Shown: positions 40,230 to 52,863, counted from the first letter of the stretch. The stretch: 64,000 nucleotides of DNA from Actinomycetales bacterium UBA1383 (GCA_002305415.1 DBQX01000131.1:3781-67780), one strand, 5' to 3'. A program made the numbers and translations. The notes: a model not told the origin generated them from the sequence alone.

Positions 40230-41555
40230 TCACTCCCCCGCGAGGATCTGGCGGATACGCTCGAGGCGGGCTGTGATCTGACGCTCCACGCCGTGGGTGG
40301 TGGGGTGGTAGTAGGTCACCCCTCGCACGCCGTCGGGCATGTGCTGCTGCGGGGCCACCCCACGCGGGTCGTCGTGGGCGTAGCGGTAACCCTCGCCATG
40401 TCCCAGCCGGGCGGCACCGGGGTAGTGGGCGTCCCGGAGGTGGAGCGGGACGCCGCCCGCCCTGCCGGAGCGGACGTCCGCGATCGCGGCATCGATGGCC
40501 CGGTACGCGGCGTTCGACTTGGGCGCCGTCGCCACGTGGATCACGGCTTCGGCGAGGATGATGCGCGCCTCCGGCATCCCCACGAGCGCGACCGCCTGCG
40601 CGGCGGCCGTCGCGGTGAGGAGGGCGCTGGGATCAGCCATCCCGACGTCCTCCGCCGCGGCGATCATGACCCGGCGAGCGATGAAGCGCGGATCCTCCCC
40701 GGCCACCACCATGCGCGCGAGGTAGTGGAGGGCGGCATCCACGTCCGATCCACGCATCGACTTGATGAAGGCGCTGATGACGTCGTAGTGCTGGTCTCCG
40801 GCGCGGTCGTACCGCACGGCGGCGACGTCGACCGCGGCCTCGACGGACTCCACCGTCACCTCGCCCGACCCAACGGCGACGGCGGCCGCCTCCAGGATGG
40901 TGAGCGCCTTGCGCGCGTCCGCGCCTGCGAGCCGGACGATCCGGTCGCGCGCCGCCGGTGGCAGCGTGACGGCACCCGCGAGTCCGCGGGTGTCCGAGGC
41001 GGCCCGGTCGAGGAGGCCAGCGAGTGAGACGTCGTCCAGCGGCCGCAGGGTGAGGAGCAGGGACCGCGAGAGGAGCGGCGAGATCACGCTGAAGTGGGGG
41101 TTCTCGGTGGTGGCCGCCACGAGGGTGACGACACGATTCTCGACGGCAGGCAGGAGTGAGTCCTGCTGCGCCTTGGAGAAGCGGTGCACCTCGTCGATGA
41201 AGAGGAGCGTCTGTGCCCCGCCAGCGACGAGCCGGCGGCGAGCGTCGTCGATGACGGCGCGCACCTCCCGGACCCCCGCACTGACGGCCGAGAGTTCGAC
41301 GAAGGACCGGCCGGCGGTCCGGGCGGCGAGGTAGGCGATCGTCGTCTTCCCCGTACCGGGTGGCCCCCAGAGGATGACGGACGCCGGACCGGCGCCGTCC
41401 TCGACGAGGCGCCGCAGCGGCGAACCCGGCTGGAGGAGGTGGTCCTGCCCGACGAGGTCGTCGAGGGTGCGGGGACGCATGCGGACTGCCAGCGGAGCGT
41501 TCGGCAGGTCGGGTGTCCCCTCGGCGGACGTGGCGGCGTCGTCGAAGAGGTCCAC
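40230..41555 (-). CDS. rarA: replication-associated recombination protein A (AAA+ ATPase RarA/MgsA)
   Basis: [28 protein letters not shown].....  ...[16 protein letters not shown] (Walker A), [16 protein letters not shown] (Walker B) and the C-terminal MgsA domain ([23 protein letters not shown]...GEDP.FIARR). Confidence 0.95.
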   Translation of the reverse strand: MDLFDDAATSAEGTPDLPNAPLAVRMRPRTLDDLVGQDHLLQPGSPLRRLVEDGAGPASVILWGPPGTGKTTIAYLAARTAGRSFVELSAVSAGVREVRAVIDDARRRLVAGGAQTLLFIDEVHRFSKAQQDSLLPAVENRVVTLVAATTENPHFSVISPLLSRSLLLTLRPLDDVSLAGLLDRAASDTRGLAGAVTLPPAARDRIVRLAGADARKALTILEAAAVAVGSGEVTVESVEAAVDVAAVRYDRAGDQHYDVISAFIKSMRGSDVDAALHYLARMVVAGEDPRFIARRVMIAAAEDVGMADPSALLTATAAAQAVALVGMPEARIILAEAVIHVATAPKSNAAYRAIDAAIADVRSGRAGGVPLHLRDAHYPGAARLGHGEGYRYAHDDPRGVAPQQHMPDGVRGVTYYHPTTHGVERQITARLERIRQILAGE

Positions 41556-41564
41556 CCGGTCAGC

Positions 41565-42485
41565 CTACCGGGCGCGCGGGTGGGCAGTTGCCCAGGTCTC
41601 CCGCAGGGTGTCGATGGTGACGTGGGTGTAGATCTGGGTGGTGGTCACCGATGCGTGGCCGAGGAGCTCCTGGACCACTCGCACGTCGGCTCCGCCCTGC
41701 AGGAGGTGGGTGGCGAACGAGTGGCGCAACGTGTGCGGTGAGACCTGGGCGGTGAGACCGGCGCGGGCCGCCGCCGCCCGTACCACCGCCCAGGCGCTCT
41801 GCCGCGAGAGCGGGCGGCCGAGCGTGTTGAGGAAGAGGTACGCGCTGCCCCGCCCCCGGGCGGCCAGCGCCGGCCGGCCGCGGACCAGCCATGCCTCGAG
41901 CGCGCCCGCGGCGTGGCGCCCCAGGGGCACGACCCGCGTCTTCGAGCCCTTGCCGAACAACCTCACCGCCAAACCGTCGAGGTCAACGTCGTCGATCGCG
42001 AGCGAGACCGCCTCCGAGATGCGCGCACCGGTGCCGTACAGGACCTCCAGGAGCGCGCGGTCACGCAGCCCGACCGGGCCCTCGGCCGCCCCGGCCGCGA
42101 GGATGAGCCTCTCGACCTCGCCGACGTCCAGGGTCGACGGCAACGACCTCCGGCTGGCCGGGGGCCGGGCCGTGGCGGAGACGTCACGGGCGACCCGACC
42201 TTCCCGTGCCGCGAAGCGGTGGAGTCCCCGGACCGCGCTCAGGGCGCGGCCAGCCGACGAGGCGGCGAGCGGCGTCCGCCCGTCCTCGCCCGCGCGGAGC
42301 ACGGACACGTACTCCGCCACGTCCGGCTCACCGACCGCCACGAGGTCGACGACGCCCCGAGCCACCAGCCAGTCGCGGTAACGGGAGAGGTCACGGCGGT
42401 AGGCGGCATGGGTGTGCGCCGCCACGCCTCGCTCGACGCGCAGGTACGCGAGGTAGTCGGCCAGGATCGCGTCGAGCGGGCTCAC
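41565..42485 (-). CDS. xerD: site-specific tyrosine recombinase XerD (chromosome dimer resolution)
   Basis: ORF 41565..42956 trimmed to the GTG at 42485, which overlaps the ctaB stop (GTGA). The sequence [36 protein letters not shown]...[12 protein letters not shown]...[15 protein letters not shown]...[37 protein letters not shown] contains the R..HxxR..Y catalytic signature. The XerD-versus-XerC assignment rests on similarity recalled from mycobacterial XerD. Confidence 0.75.
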   Translation of the reverse strand: MSPLDAILADYLAYLRVERGVAAHTHAAYRRDLSRYRDWLVARGVVDLVAVGEPDVAEYVSVLRAGEDGRTPLAASSAGRALSAVRGLHRFAAREGRVARDVSATARPPASRRSLPSTLDVGEVERLILAAGAAEGPVGLRDRALLEVLYGTGARISEAVSLAIDDVDLDGLAVRLFGKGSKTRVVPLGRHAAGALEAWLVRGRPALAARGRGSAYLFLNTLGRPLSRQSAWAVVRAAAARAGLTAQVSPHTLRHSFATHLLQGGADVRVVQELLGHASVTTTQIYTHVTIDTLRETWATAHPRAR

Positions 42486-43474
42486 GCCACGAGCGTTGCG
42501 ACGAACGGGTCCAGGGCGACGGCCAGGAACAGGACCGTCAGGTAGGTGATCGACCCGTGGAAGACCCGCATGGCGGCGAGCTTGCCCCTCTCCGGATGGC
42601 GGGCCCGCCGGTAGAGCTGCACGCACGCGTGGAGGAAGGCGGTCCCGGCGACCACCGCGACCAGGCTGTAGAACCACCCCATCGGCGCCACGGGGATGAG
42701 AAGGAGGGAGAGGAGGACCATCGCGCCGGCGTGCACGATCATGTGCCACGCGACGGTCGCGTCGGCCTGCACGACCGGTGCCATCGGGACTCCCGCCCGC
42801 CGGTAGTCCGCCTTGAACTTCATCGAGAGCGGCCAGTAGTGGGGTGGTGTCCAGAAGAAGACGACGCCGAAGAGGATCAGGGGTTCCCACGACAGCGAAC
42901 CGGTCACAGCGGACCAGCCGATGAGGACGGGTATGCACCCGGCGATCCCACCCCACACGATGTTCTGGGGGGTGCGGCGCTTCAGGAGCATTGTGTAGCC
43001 GACGACGTACAGCAGGATGGCCGCCAGTGCCAGGGAAGCCGCGACCCAGTTGACCAGGAGCCCGAACCAGAGCACGGATCCGAGGGCCAGGGCCGAGGCG
43101 AACACCAGAGCCTCGCGGACCCCGAGTGCCCCGGTCACGAGGGGGCGACCCCGGGTCCGGTTCATGACGGCGTCGATGTCACGGTCGTAGACCATGTTGA
43201 ACGCGTTCGCGGCACCCGCCGCCGCGGTTCCGCCCAGGAGGGTCGCGATCACGAGCCACCAGCCGGGCCATCCTCCCGCCGCGAGGATCATGGTGGGAAC
43301 CGTGGTGACGAGCAGCAGCTCGACGACGCGCAGCTTCATCAGCGCCACGTACGCACGGACCTTGCGTACGGCGCGTGCGCGCCCGGGTGAGGGCCGGGAC
43401 GTGGCCGGGAGCGGCGGATCGGCGGCCGGTCGGGCAGGAATGACGACTCCTCGGGAACAGGGGTGTACGAGCAT
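42482..43474 (-). CDS. ctaB: protoheme IX farnesyltransferase (heme O synthase)
   Basis: UbiA-family polytopic protein with [37 protein letters not shown] and FFWTPPHYW motifs. It is divergent from tkt, as is universal in actinobacteria. The start is uncertain: the ATG at 43474 is chosen, whereas the ORF track extends to 43588. Confidence 0.88.
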   Translation of the reverse strand: MLVHPCSRGVVIPARPAADPPLPATSRPSPGRARAVRKVRAYVALMKLRVVELLLVTTVPTMILAAGGWPGWWLVIATLLGGTAAAGAANAFNMVYDRDIDAVMNRTRGRPLVTGALGVREALVFASALALGSVLWFGLLVNWVAASLALAAILLYVVGYTMLLKRRTPQNIVWGGIAGCIPVLIGWSAVTGSLSWEPLILFGVVFFWTPPHYWPLSMKFKADYRRAGVPMAPVVQADATVAWHMIVHAGAMVLLSLLLIPVAPMGWFYSLVAVVAGTAFLHACVQLYRRARHPERGKLAAMRVFHGSITYLTVLFLAVALDPFVATLVA

Positions 43475-43681
43475 CCTACCCGTCGGACACGGGTCCTTGT
43501 CCTGTGGTGCGACGGTGGGCAATGGCTGGGAGACCGCCTCGCCGGGCGCGGCGAGGAGACAACCGTGCTGGCAATCCGGTGCCAACACCCCCTCGGCAGA
43601 CTAATGTCCTTGGTGGACCACCCGTCGTGGTCGCGACCGGGACAATGACGCCCGCGGGGGCGGAAGCGAGGATGAAGCCGA

Positions 43682-45787
43682 ATGTCGTCACAACTCGAGT
43701 GGACGGATCTCGACAGGCGCGCCGTCGACGTGACACGCGCGCTGGCCGCTGACGCGGTGCAGAAGGTGGGCAACGGCCACCCTGGCACCGCGATCTCGTT
43801 GGCACCACTCGCCTACCTGTTGTTCCACAAGGTGATGAGGCATGACCCGACCGACGACCGCTGGCTCGGCCGCGACCGATTCGTCCTCTCGATCGGGCAC
43901 TCCTCCGTCACGCTGTACAACCAGCTGTACCTCACGGGTTACGGTCTCGAGCTCGATGACCTGAAGGCTCTGCGGACGTGGGGCTCGAAGACCCCCGGCC
44001 ACCCCGAGTATGGGCACACCAAGGGCGTCGAGATGACCACCGGCCCGCTGGGCCAGGGTGTCGCCTCCGCCGTCGGCATGGCGATGGCCTCCCGCCGCGA
44101 GCGCGGTCTGCTCGACCCGGAGGCGCCCGCGGGGACGTCGCCCTTCGACCACTTCATCTACGCGATCGTCGGTGAAGGCTGCCTCGAGGAGGGCGTGAGC
44201 TCGGAGGCGAGTTCCCTCGCCGGGACCCAGCGGCTCGGAAACCTCATCGTGATCTGGGACGACAACCGGATCTCGATCGAGCACGACACGAACATCGCCT
44301 TCAACGAGGACGTGCTGAAGCGCTACGACGCCTACGGCTGGCACACCCAGCACGTCGACTGGACCAACGGCTTCACGGGCTACGAGGAGAACGTCCAGGC
44401 ACTCCACGACGCGATCGAGGCTGCCAAGGCCGTGACGGACCGGCCCTCCTTCATCCGGCTGACCACCATCATGGCGTGGCCCTCTCCCACCAAGCAGGGC
44501 ACGGGCGACGCCCACGGCTCCGCGCTCGGAGCCGAGGAGATCGTGGGCCTCAAGAAGGTGATCGGGATCGACCCGGAGGTGCACTTCGACTACGCCATCG
44601 AGGTCGCCGCCGAGACCCGCCGGAACGCCGCGGCCCGGACCGCCGCCGCCCGCGAGGCGTGGGACGCCGCCTATGCCGCGTGGCGCGAGGGCAACCCCGA
44701 GCGCGCCGCCCTGCTCGACCGCCTCGTCGCCCGGCAACTTCCGGAGGGCTGGGAGTCCGCGCTCCCTGTCTTCGAGGCCGGGAAGGCGGTGGCGACCCGC
44801 GCCGCGTCCGGAACCGTGCTCACCGCGCTGGCGGACACCCTCCCCGAGCTCTGGGGTGGATCGGCCGACCTGGCGGGCTCGAACAACACGACCATGAAGG
44901 GCCAGCCGAGCTTCCTCCCCGAGGACCGCCAGACGGACCACTGGCGGGGGAACATCTACGGGCGCACCCTCCACTTCGGGATCCGTGAACACGGAATGGG
45001 CGCCATCGTCAACGGCATCACCCTGCATGGTCTCACGCGCCCCTACGGCGGCACGTTCTTCGTGTTCTCCGACTACATGCGCCCCGCGGTCCGGCTGGCC
45101 GCGCTGATGGGTATCCCGGCGATCTTCGTGTGGACCCATGACTCGGTGGGTGTCGGCGAGGACGGTCCGACCCACCAGCCCATCGAGCACCTGACCGCCT
45201 ACCGGGCGATCCCGGGCCTCGACATGGTCCGTCCGGCGGACGCCAACGAGACCGCGATGGCGTGGCGGGGCGCGCTCGAGCACACTGACCGCCCGACCGC
45301 CATCATCCTCACCCGCCAGAACGTGCCCACCCCGGCGCGCGGCGACGGACCGGCCTCCGGCGACACGCTCGCCTCGGCGGAACTCGCCCTGAAGGGCGCC
45401 TACGTCCTGGCGGAGGCGGAGGGCGGCACGCCGGACGTCATCCTGATCGGCACCGGCTCCGAGGTGCAGGTGGCCCTTGCCGCCCGTGAGCAGCTCGCCG
45501 CCGAGGGAATCAAGGCACGCGTCGTCTCCGCGCCGTGCCTCGAGTGGTTCGCCGAGCAGGATGAGGCTTACCGTGAGTCAGTCCTGCCGGCCGCTGTCAA
45601 GGCACGTGTCTCCGTCGAGGCCGGCCTGACCTCCGGCTGGGCTGGAATCGTGGGCGACGCCGGCCGAAGCATCGGCATCGACCACTACGGTGCGTCCGCG
45701 GACGGCGCGCTGCTCCTGCGGGAGTTCGGCGTCACGCCCGACGCCGTCGCCGCCGCCGCCCGTGACTCCATCGCAGCCGCCCGCTGA
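43682..45787 (+). CDS. tkt: transketolase
   Basis: 701 aa. [19 protein letters not shown]...RDRFVLS.GH.S..LY..L.L.GY (TPP-binding), [13 protein letters not shown], and [20 protein letters not shown]. Confidence 0.97.
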   Translation: MSSQLEWTDLDRRAVDVTRALAADAVQKVGNGHPGTAISLAPLAYLLFHKVMRHDPTDDRWLGRDRFVLSIGHSSVTLYNQLYLTGYGLELDDLKALRTWGSKTPGHPEYGHTKGVEMTTGPLGQGVASAVGMAMASRRERGLLDPEAPAGTSPFDHFIYAIVGEGCLEEGVSSEASSLAGTQRLGNLIVIWDDNRISIEHDTNIAFNEDVLKRYDAYGWHTQHVDWTNGFTGYEENVQALHDAIEAAKAVTDRPSFIRLTTIMAWPSPTKQGTGDAHGSALGAEEIVGLKKVIGIDPEVHFDYAIEVAAETRRNAAARTAAAREAWDAAYAAWREGNPERAALLDRLVARQLPEGWESALPVFEAGKAVATRAASGTVLTALADTLPELWGGSADLAGSNNTTMKGQPSFLPEDRQTDHWRGNIYGRTLHFGIREHGMGAIVNGITLHGLTRPYGGTFFVFSDYMRPAVRLAALMGIPAIFVWTHDSVGVGEDGPTHQPIEHLTAYRAIPGLDMVRPADANETAMAWRGALEHTDRPTAIILTRQNVPTPARGDGPASGDTLASAELALKGAYVLAEAEGGTPDVILIGTGSEVQVALAAREQLAAEGIKARVVSAPCLEWFAEQDEAYRESVLPAAVKARVSVEAGLTSGWAGIVGDAGRSIGIDHYGASADGALLLREFGVTPDAVAAAARDSIAAAR

Positions 45788-45815
45788 ACCCCGACACTCG
45801 AAGAAGGATCACCAC

Positions 45816-46907
45816 ATGTCCCAGAACCTCAAAGACCTCTCCGCCGCTGGCGTCTCCGTCTGGCTGGACGACCTGTCCAGGGGCGCCATCAAGTCCGGCG
45901 CCCTCCAGAAGAACATCGACGAGATGTCGGTGGTGGGTGTCACCACGAACCCCACGATCTTCGCGGCGGCGCTCGCCAAGGGCGCGGACTACGCTGAGCA
46001 GATGCACGCCCTCGCCGCCGCGGGCGCGAGCCTCGACGACGCGGTCGTCGCCGCGACCACGGACGACGTCCGCGAGGCGTGCGACATCCTCCGGCCCGTG
46101 TACGACGCCACCGGGAAGGACGGCCGGGTGTCCATCGAGGTGGACCCGCGGCTCGCCCGTGAGACGGAGCCCTCCATCGAGCAGGCCCGCATGCTGTGGA
46201 AGACAGTGGACCGGCCGAACGTGCTCATCAAGATCCCGGCGACGCTCGAGGGCCTCCCCGCGATCACCCAGGTGATCTCGGAGGGCATCAGCGTCAACGT
46301 CACGCTCATCTTCTCGCTGGACCGCTACCGCGCGGTGGCCGACGCCTACATCGCCGGTCTCGAGAAGGCGCACGCCGCCGGCCTCGACCTGTCGACCATC
46401 CACTCGGTGGCGTCGTTCTTCGTCTCCCGCATCGACACCGAGGTCGACAAGCGCCTCGAGGCCATCGGCACGGACGAGGCACTCGCCCTGCGCGGCAAGG
46501 TCGCGGTCGCCAATGCGCGACTCGCGTACGAGGCCTACCTCGAGATCTTCTCCTCGGAGCGGTTCAAGGCCCTTCCCGGCGCGAACGCGCAGCGTGTCCT
46601 CTGGGCCTCCACCGGCGTGAAGAACCCGGCCTACCCGGACACCCTCTACGTCGCCGAACTCGTGGCGGACAACGTGGTGAACACGATGCCCGGTGCGACG
46701 GTCGCGGCCTGCGCCGACCACCTCGTTGTCACCGGTGACACGATCATGCCGAACCTCGACAACGCCCGCCAGGTCATGGCGGACCTCGAGCGGGTGGGTG
46801 TGGACTTCGACGACGTGACCACCCAGCTCGAGAACGAGGCGGTCGACAAGTTCGAGGTCAGCTGGAACGAGCTGCTCGACTCCGTCAGCAACGCGCTGAA
46901 GGCATGA
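45816..46907 (+). CDS. tal: transaldolase
   Basis: ORF 45690..46907 trimmed to the ATG at 45816 (GAAGAAGGA SD upstream). [22 protein letters not shown]...[11 protein letters not shown]...[10 protein letters not shown]...LIKIPAT.EGL.AI...[13 protein letters not shown] (active-site Lys context). Confidence 0.95.
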   Translation: MSQNLKDLSAAGVSVWLDDLSRGAIKSGALQKNIDEMSVVGVTTNPTIFAAALAKGADYAEQMHALAAAGASLDDAVVAATTDDVREACDILRPVYDATGKDGRVSIEVDPRLARETEPSIEQARMLWKTVDRPNVLIKIPATLEGLPAITQVISEGISVNVTLIFSLDRYRAVADAYIAGLEKAHAAGLDLSTIHSVASFFVSRIDTEVDKRLEAIGTDEALALRGKVAVANARLAYEAYLEIFSSERFKALPGANAQRVLWASTGVKNPAYPDTLYVAELVADNVVNTMPGATVAACADHLVVTGDTIMPNLDNARQVMADLERVGVDFDDVTTQLENEAVDKFEVSWNELLDSVSNALKA

Positions 46908-48445
46908 CCCAGACCGCTCGCGCCCAGGGGGTCAGCAACCCACTGCGCGACGAGCGGGATCGCCGACTGCCGAAGATCGCCGGCCCCGCGGGGCTGGTGA
47001 TCTTCGGCATCACCGGTGATCTCGCCCGGAGGAAGCTGCTTCCGGCGGTCTACGACCTCGCGAACCGCGGTCTCCTGCCGCCGTCGTTCGCCCTCACCGG
47101 TTTCGCGCGCCGGGACTGGAGCCTCGAGGAGTTCACCGGGAAGGTGCGCGACGCCGTCGTGCGGGGCGCCCGCACGCCGTTTGACGAGCGCACCTGGGAG
47201 CAGCTCGCCTCCGGCCTGCGCTTCGTCTCGGGGAACTTCGATGACGACGACGCTTTCGATCGCCTCGCCCAGACGGTCCGCACCCTGGACCAGCAGCGCG
47301 GGACGCAGGGCAACCACGCCTTCTACCTGTCCGTCCCGCCGAAGGCGTTCCCTGCCGTGCTCTCACAGCTCGCGCGGTCCGGACTCTCCGAGTCGGAGCC
47401 AGGCAGCTGGCGCCGCGTGGTCGTGGAGAAGCCCTTCGGGCACAACCTGAAGAGCGCGATCGAGCTGGACGCGGTCATCTCCCGGGTGTTCCCGCCCGAG
47501 TCGGTGTTCCGCATCGACCACTACCTCGGCAAGGAGACAGTCCAGAACCTCCTCGCGCTCCGGTTCGCGAACGAACTGTTCGAGCCGATCTGGAACGCCC
47601 ACCACGTCGACCACGTCCAGATCACGATGGCCGAGGACATCGGCATCGGATCCCGTGCGGGGTACTACGACGGCATCGGCGCGGCACGGGACGTGATCCA
47701 GAACCACCTGCTCCAGCTTCTCGCACTGACCGCCATGGAGGAACCGCTGAACTTCGAGGCGGCAGCCCTGCGGGCGGAGAAGATCAAGGTCCTCTCGGCG
47801 GTTCGCGTCCCGCGCGACATCGACCGGCACACCGCCCGAGGGCAGTACGCGGCGGGGTGGCAGGGCGGCCAGTTCGTCCAGGGCTTCCTCGAGGAGGAGG
47901 GCATGAGTCCGGGCTCCACGACGGAGACCTACGCCGCGATGCGGGTCGACATCGACACGCGGCGCTGGGCGGGCGTTCCCTTCTACCTGCGGGCCGGGAA
48001 GCGGCTCGGGCGGCGCGTCACGGAGATCGCCGTGGTGTTCAAGCGGGCCCCGCACCTGCCGTTCGAGCACTCCCAGACGTCCGAGCTCGGCCACAACGCA
48101 CTGGTCATCCGGGTCCAGCCCGATGAGGGCGTCACACTCAAGTTCGGGGCGAAGATCCCGGGGACCTCCATGGAGATCCGGGACGTCACCATGGACTTCG
48201 GGTACGGCCACGCCTTCACGGAGAACTCGCCCGAAGCCTACGAACGGCTGATCCTCGACGTCCTGCTGGGCGAGCCGCCGCTCTTCCCCCAGCAACGCGA
48301 GGTGGAGCTCTCCTGGCAGATCCTCGATCCCATCCTCGAGCACTGGTCGGGCCGACCCATCGAGAGGTACCGTCCCGGGACGTGGGGCCCGCCGTCCGCG
48401 GACGCCATGATGGCCGCAGACGGCCGCGAGTGGCGCAGGCCCTGA
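46904..48445 (+). CDS. zwf: glucose-6-phosphate 1-dehydrogenase
   Basis: [20 protein letters not shown] (NADP-binding), [12 protein letters not shown] (active site), and EKIKVL. The ATG overlaps the tal stop (ATGA). Confidence 0.97.
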   Translation: MTQTARAQGVSNPLRDERDRRLPKIAGPAGLVIFGITGDLARRKLLPAVYDLANRGLLPPSFALTGFARRDWSLEEFTGKVRDAVVRGARTPFDERTWEQLASGLRFVSGNFDDDDAFDRLAQTVRTLDQQRGTQGNHAFYLSVPPKAFPAVLSQLARSGLSESEPGSWRRVVVEKPFGHNLKSAIELDAVISRVFPPESVFRIDHYLGKETVQNLLALRFANELFEPIWNAHHVDHVQITMAEDIGIGSRAGYYDGIGAARDVIQNHLLQLLALTAMEEPLNFEAAALRAEKIKVLSAVRVPRDIDRHTARGQYAAGWQGGQFVQGFLEEEGMSPGSTTETYAAMRVDIDTRRWAGVPFYLRAGKRLGRRVTEIAVVFKRAPHLPFEHSQTSELGHNALVIRVQPDEGVTLKFGAKIPGTSMEIRDVTMDFGYGHAFTENSPEAYERLILDVLLGEPPLFPQQREVELSWQILDPILEHWSGRPIERYRPGTWGPPSADAMMAADGREWRRP

Positions 48446-48454
48446 GGAGCGCAC

Positions 48455-49387
48455 ATGATCATCACGCTGACGGACACCACCTCGAGCCAGGTGGCGAGCC
48501 GCCTCGTCGTCGTGCGAGAGGAGGGCGGTGTTGTCGCGCTCGGACGCGTCCTCACCCTCGTGGTGCTGGCCCGGGGCCGCGAGAACGTTGAGAGGGCCAT
48601 CGCCGTCACCAATGTCGCCTCCCGCGAGCACCCCTCCCGCGTCATCGTCATCAACACCGGCGAGTGCGGCGACGACGACGGACTCGACGCGGAGATCCGG
48701 GTGGGCGGTGACGCCGGCGCCTCCGAGGTGGTGGTGCTGCACCCGCGCGGAGCAGCCGTCGCCGACCAGGACACCCTCGTCACCCCCCTCCTCCTGCCGG
48801 ACACACCGATCGTCGCCTTCTGGGTGGGAGCGACTCCTGGGAACCCCTCAGCGGAGCCAGTGGGCCGCATGGCGCAACGGCGCATCACGGACCTGATCTC
48901 CGCGATCACGGACACGGAGTCCAGCCACGCCGCGCGCGAGAGCTTCGCGGCGCTCGCCCGGAACTACCGGCCCGGTGACACCGACCTCTCCTGGGCGCGC
49001 ATCACGACGTGGCGTGCCCTGATCGCGGCTGAACTCGACCTGACCCATACGGACCTCACCTCGATCGACGTGTATGGGGCTCCGGACCGTCCGTCGATGT
49101 ACCTGCTCGGCGGCTGGCTCCGGTCCCGCCTCGGCGTCCCGGTCCACGTCCACGAGTCGAGCCGGATCCACATCACCGAACTCGCCCTCAACTTCGCGGA
49201 CGGCCCGGTGCGCTTCCTGCGTCCCGAGGGAAGCTCTGTCGCGACCATCCGCCGGCCCGGCCAGCCGGACCAGCGAACGAACCTCCCGCCGCGAACCGAC
49301 ACGGACTGCCTGATGGAGGAACTGCGTCGCCTCGACGCAGACGAGACCTACGCATCCGCACTGGCCCACGCCGTCAGGTCACTCTGA
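48455..49387 (+). CDS. opcA: glucose-6-phosphate dehydrogenase assembly protein OpcA
   Basis: 310 aa, immediately downstream of zwf. MIITLTDTTSSQVASRLV..REEGG....GRVLTLVV.........A......ASREHPSRVIV is a typical OpcA N-terminus. Confidence 0.88.
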   Translation: MIITLTDTTSSQVASRLVVVREEGGVVALGRVLTLVVLARGRENVERAIAVTNVASREHPSRVIVINTGECGDDDGLDAEIRVGGDAGASEVVVLHPRGAAVADQDTLVTPLLLPDTPIVAFWVGATPGNPSAEPVGRMAQRRITDLISAITDTESSHAARESFAALARNYRPGDTDLSWARITTWRALIAAELDLTHTDLTSIDVYGAPDRPSMYLLGGWLRSRLGVPVHVHESSRIHITELALNFADGPVRFLRPEGSSVATIRRPGQPDQRTNLPPRTDTDCLMEELRRLDADETYASALAHAVRSL

Positions 49388-49414
49388 GCCCGACACCGAC
49401 CGAAGGAGTAGCGA

Positions 49415-50113
49415 ATGGAACGCGTGATCGTCCTGCCCGACGCCGAACTGACCGCCCGGGCGGCCGGGCTACGCCTCCTGCTGACCCTCATTGACGCCCA
49501 GTCACTTCGCGCCCCGGTCCACGTCGCGCTCACGGGGGGCACGCTCGGCATCGCGATGCTCCGGGCGATCGTGGGCGAGCGGCTCGCGGACGCGGTGGAC
49601 TGGAGCGGAGTCCATCTGTGGTGGGGGGACGAGCGGTTCGCCGAGGACTCCGAACGAAACGCCTCCCAGGCGCGTGAAGCGTGGATCGATGGTCTTCCCA
49701 TCCCGCCGGAGAATGTCCACGAGGTCGCCCGCCCCGGGGAGGTCGCGAATGTCGAGGCCGCCGCCGCCGCCTACGCGCGCGAACTGGGGGACGTGCGCTT
49801 CACGGTGGTGATCCTCGGCGTCGGACCCGACGGACACGTGGCCTCACTGTTCCCGGGCAGGCCTGAGATCGAGGTGGATGGGCTTGGGGCGTTGGCGGTT
49901 CACGACTCGCCCAAGCCCCCACCGCTCCGCGTCAGCCTGACCCGGGAGAGCCTCTGCCGCGCCGACGAGGTGTGGTTCGTCGCCGCGGGTGCGGACAAGG
50001 CCGCCAAGGTGGCGGAGGCGATGCGTCCCGGCACGGACCCGATCCCCGCCGCCCGCGTCCGCGGCGAGGCGACCATCTGGCTCCTCGACTCCGCGGTGGC
50101 GCGCGAACTCTGA
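49415..50113 (+). CDS. pgl: 6-phosphogluconolactonase
   Basis: 232 aa. ...VALTGGT.G...L........DW..VH.WWGDERF.....ERN......A........VH......LLGVGPDGH.ASLFPG.. is the DevB/Pgl pattern. It is the last gene of the tkt-tal-zwf-opcA-pgl operon. Confidence 0.9.
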   Translation: MERVIVLPDAELTARAAGLRLLLTLIDAQSLRAPVHVALTGGTLGIAMLRAIVGERLADAVDWSGVHLWWGDERFAEDSERNASQAREAWIDGLPIPPENVHEVARPGEVANVEAAAAAYARELGDVRFTVVILGVGPDGHVASLFPGRPEIEVDGLGALAVHDSPKPPPLRVSLTRESLCRADEVWFVAAGADKAAKVAEAMRPGTDPIPAARVRGEATIWLLDSAVAREL

Positions 50114-50118
50114 GGCTC

Positions 50119-50466
50119 TCAGCCGCCCCGACGGGCACGGAGCGCTGCCAGCGCCTCCTCGAGAAGGGCGGCGCCGTCGGCGTCCGAACGGCGCTCCTTC
50201 ACGTATGCGAGGTGGGTCTTGTACGGCTCGTTCCGTGGAGGCTCCGGCGGGTGCTCCCTGTCGAGGCCGGCCGGAAGGCCACAGCTCGGGCAGTCCCATG
50301 TCTCCGGGATCTCCGTCTCGGCTTCGATGGCGAAGCTGGGACGAGTCTCGTGGCCCTGCGCGCACCAGTAGGACACCCGCACCCGGGGGGCGAGCTCACC
50401 CCGCTCGGCCTCGCCCATGGGGCCCGAACCCACACGTGAACCGCGGATCGCATTGCCGCTTGCCAC
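50119..50466 (-). CDS. rbpA: RNA polymerase-binding protein RbpA
   Basis: ORF 50119..50814 trimmed to the GTG at 50466 (GAGGAGGA 5 nt upstream). [64 protein letters not shown]......P....NEPYKTHLAYVKERRSDADG..LL.EAL..LR shows the RbpA core with the C..H...C..C zinc-ribbon-like motif and the sigma-interaction domain. Confidence 0.88.
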   Translation of the reverse strand: MASGNAIRGSRVGSGPMGEAERGELAPRVRVSYWCAQGHETRPSFAIEAETEIPETWDCPSCGLPAGLDREHPPEPPRNEPYKTHLAYVKERRSDADGAALLEEALAALRARRGG

Positions 50467-50477
50467 AGGCTCCTCCT

Positions 50478-50735
50478 CTAGAGCTGAGACTTCTGGATGA
50501 GGCCCAGCAGCACGATCACGGAGACCCATGCCAGGGCCACGCCGACCGTGATGCGGTTGAGGTTGCGCTCCGCAACCCCTGAGCCTCCCACCGCGCTGGA
50601 CAGGCCGCCGCCGAACATGTCCGAAAGTCCGCCGCCCCTGCCCTTGTGCATCAGGATCGTGAGCACGAGGAACACGGAGGTGAGGACCAGGACAACCTGG
50701 AGGGCGATCGTCAGTGCGGTCACGTGGGATTCCAA
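50478..50735 (-). CDS. secG: preprotein translocase subunit SecG
   Basis: 85 aa with two TM helices flanking the Gly-rich loop (LMHKGRGGGLSDMFGGGLSS..GGSGVAERNL.R.T). It lies downstream of tpiA, as is conserved. Confidence 0.9.
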   Translation of the reverse strand: MESHVTALTIALQVVLVLTSVFLVLTILMHKGRGGGLSDMFGGGLSSAVGGSGVAERNLNRITVGVALAWVSVIVLLGLIQKSQL

Positions 50736-50810
50736 TCGAAGCGGTGAGGGGCGTCCGCTGACAGGATAACCGATGGCGGCGCACCTCTCGGTGCGCCGCC
50801 ATCGGTACCC

Positions 50811-51602
50811 TCACGCGGAGAGGTGCTGCTGGTACCGCACGATCGCCGAGAACTCCTCAGGGTCGAGCGACGCACCACCAACGAGGGCGCCATCAACGTC
50901 GGGCTCCGACATGATCGCCGCGACGTTCGAGGCCTTGACCGACCCGCCGTACAGGATACGGATGCTGTCGGCCACGTCCTGGTCGTAGAGCTCCGCGAGC
51001 CGGCCGCGGATCGCCCCGCACACCTCCTGCGCGTCCGCCGGGGTGGCGACCTCCCCGGTGCCGATCGCCCAGATCGGCTCGTAGGCGATCACCGTGGCAC
51101 GCGCCTGCTCCGGGGTCGAGGTGTTGAAGATGCCATCCACCTGGATGAGCACTCGTTCGACCTGCCGGCCCTCGCGCCGGATGGCGAGGTTCTCACCGAC
51201 ACACACGATCGGGGTGATGCCGTGCGCGATGGCCGCCCGGGCCTTCTCACCCACCACCCAGTCGTTCTCCGCGTGGTAGAGCCGCCGCTCCGAGTGCCCG
51301 CAGATCGCGAAGGTGCAGCCCAGCTTGGCGAGCATCCGCGGCGCGATCTCCCCGGTGTAGGCGCCCTTCTCGTGCACGGAGACGTCCTGCGCACCGTACT
51401 TCAGCTCCAGTTTCTCGCCATCGACGAGGGTCTGGACGGAACGGATCGACGTGAACGGCGGGATGACCGCGACCTCGACCTCCGAGTAGTCGTGCTTCGC
51501 ATCCTTCAGCGCCCACGCGAGCTTCTGGACGAGGGCGATCGCCTCAAGGTGGTCCAGGTTCATCTTCCAGTTGCCCGCCATCAGGGGGGTGCGTGCCATC
51601 AT
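50811..51602 (-). CDS. tpiA: triosephosphate isomerase
   Basis: [10 protein letters not shown]...AICGHSERR...VCVGE...[12 protein letters not shown]...ILYGGSV are canonical TIM motifs. The start overlaps the pgk stop. Confidence 0.97.
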   Translation of the reverse strand: MMARTPLMAGNWKMNLDHLEAIALVQKLAWALKDAKHDYSEVEVAVIPPFTSIRSVQTLVDGEKLELKYGAQDVSVHEKGAYTGEIAPRMLAKLGCTFAICGHSERRLYHAENDWVVGEKARAAIAHGITPIVCVGENLAIRREGRQVERVLIQVDGIFNTSTPEQARATVIAYEPIWAIGTGEVATPADAQEVCGAIRGRLAELYDQDVADSIRILYGGSVKASNVAAIMSEPDVDGALVGGASLDPEEFSAIVRYQQHLSA

Positions 51603-52789
51603 GACTCCAGGACCGCGATGCCGGGAAGGACCTTGCCCTCGAGGAACTCGAGGGACGCCCCGCCACCCGTGGAGATGTGGGAGAACGTCGACTCATCGAA
51701 GCCGAGGATCCGCACGGCCGCCGCAGAGTCACCGCCCCCAACGATCGAGAAGCCATCCGACTCGCTCAGCGCGCGGGCCACCGCCTTGGTGCCCTCGGCA
51801 AAGGCGGGGAACTCGAAGACACCCATCGGGCCATTCCAGACCACGGTCTTCGCGGAGGCGATCTTCTCGGCGAACAGCTTCCGCGACTCGGGGCCGATAT
51901 CGAGGCCCATCTTGTCGTCTGGAATCGCGTCGGTGGACACAACCTCGTACGGGGAGTCCGCGGCGAAGGTGTCGGCGGCGAGCACGTCCACGGGAAGGAC
52001 GATCTCGACGCCCTTCTCCGCCGCCGTCTCGAGGTAGCCGCGCACCGTGTCGACCTGGTCCGCCTCGAGGAGCGACGTCCCGACCGACTTGCCCTGGGCG
52101 GCGAGGAAGGTGTAGGCCATTCCACCGCCGATGAGCAGGATGTCGGCCTTGTCGAGGAGGTTCGCGATCACGCCGAGTTTGTCGGACACCTTCGCGCCGC
52201 CGAGGACGACGGCGTAGGGCCGCTCGGGGTTCTCGGTGGCCCGCCGCAGCGAGTCGATCTCCTTGAAGACCAGGGCACCGGCGGCGTGCGGGAGGCGCAG
52301 CGCGATGTCGTACACGGATGCCTGCTTGCGGTGCACGACCCCGAAGCCGTCGGAGACATACGCGTCGCCCAGCGCAGCGAGCGCATCTGCCAGTTCCCCG
52401 CGCTCGGCCTCGACCTTCGAGGTCTCGCGGGCGTCGAACCTGACGTTCTCCAGCAGTGCGACCTGGCCGTCCTGCAGGCCGGCGACGACCTCCTGGGCAG
52501 AGGGCCCCACAAGGTCCGCCGCGAGCGTGACGTCGGTGCCGAGGAGTTCGCCGAGCCGCTTGGCGACGGGGGCGAGGGAGTACTTGGGGTCCGGGGCGCC
52601 CTTCGGACGGCCCAGGTGCGCCATGACGATGACGCGGGCGCCCTGGTCGATGAGCGCCTTCAGGGTCGGCAATGCCGCGCGGATCCGGCCGTCGTCGGTG
52701 ATCGTCTCGCCGTCGAGCGGGACGTTGAAGTCGGAGCGGACGAGGACGCGCTTGCCGCGCAGGTCGCCCAGGGTGTCGATTGTCTGCAT
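51599..52789 (-). CDS. pgk: phosphoglycerate kinase
   Basis: [12 protein letters not shown]......[13 protein letters not shown]......[15 protein letters not shown]...[10 protein letters not shown]...GGGDSAAA...STGGGASLE are canonical Pgk motifs. Confidence 0.97.
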   Translation of the reverse strand: MQTIDTLGDLRGKRVLVRSDFNVPLDGETITDDGRIRAALPTLKALIDQGARVIVMAHLGRPKGAPDPKYSLAPVAKRLGELLGTDVTLAADLVGPSAQEVVAGLQDGQVALLENVRFDARETSKVEAERGELADALAALGDAYVSDGFGVVHRKQASVYDIALRLPHAAGALVFKEIDSLRRATENPERPYAVVLGGAKVSDKLGVIANLLDKADILLIGGGMAYTFLAAQGKSVGTSLLEADQVDTVRGYLETAAEKGVEIVLPVDVLAADTFAADSPYEVVSTDAIPDDKMGLDIGPESRKLFAEKIASAKTVVWNGPMGVFEFPAFAEGTKAVARALSESDGFSIVGGGDSAAAVRILGFDESTFSHISTGGGASLEFLEGKVLPGIAVLES

Positions 52790-52863
52790 TTTCGGGATTT
52801 CCTCTCACATTCACGCCGAGGGGCGCCCGCGATGGTTCACGGACGCCCCCGGCTGCGGCATTC

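Noticed and set aside
41565-42485. Tyrosine recombinase as a possible integrase marking a mobile element or genomic island.
   Set aside because: It is full-length and collinear with XerD. It is translationally coupled to ctaB and embedded in core genes. I saw no flanking tRNA, direct repeats, phage or transposon genes, and no obvious compositional shift.
50105-50125. The stops of the convergent pgl and rbpA genes sit only 5 nt apart inside a small palindrome (TGAGGCTCTCA). I considered a bidirectional terminator.
   Set aside because: The palindrome is only 4 bp per arm and is formed by the two stop codons themselves. That is too short to be a meaningful terminator.
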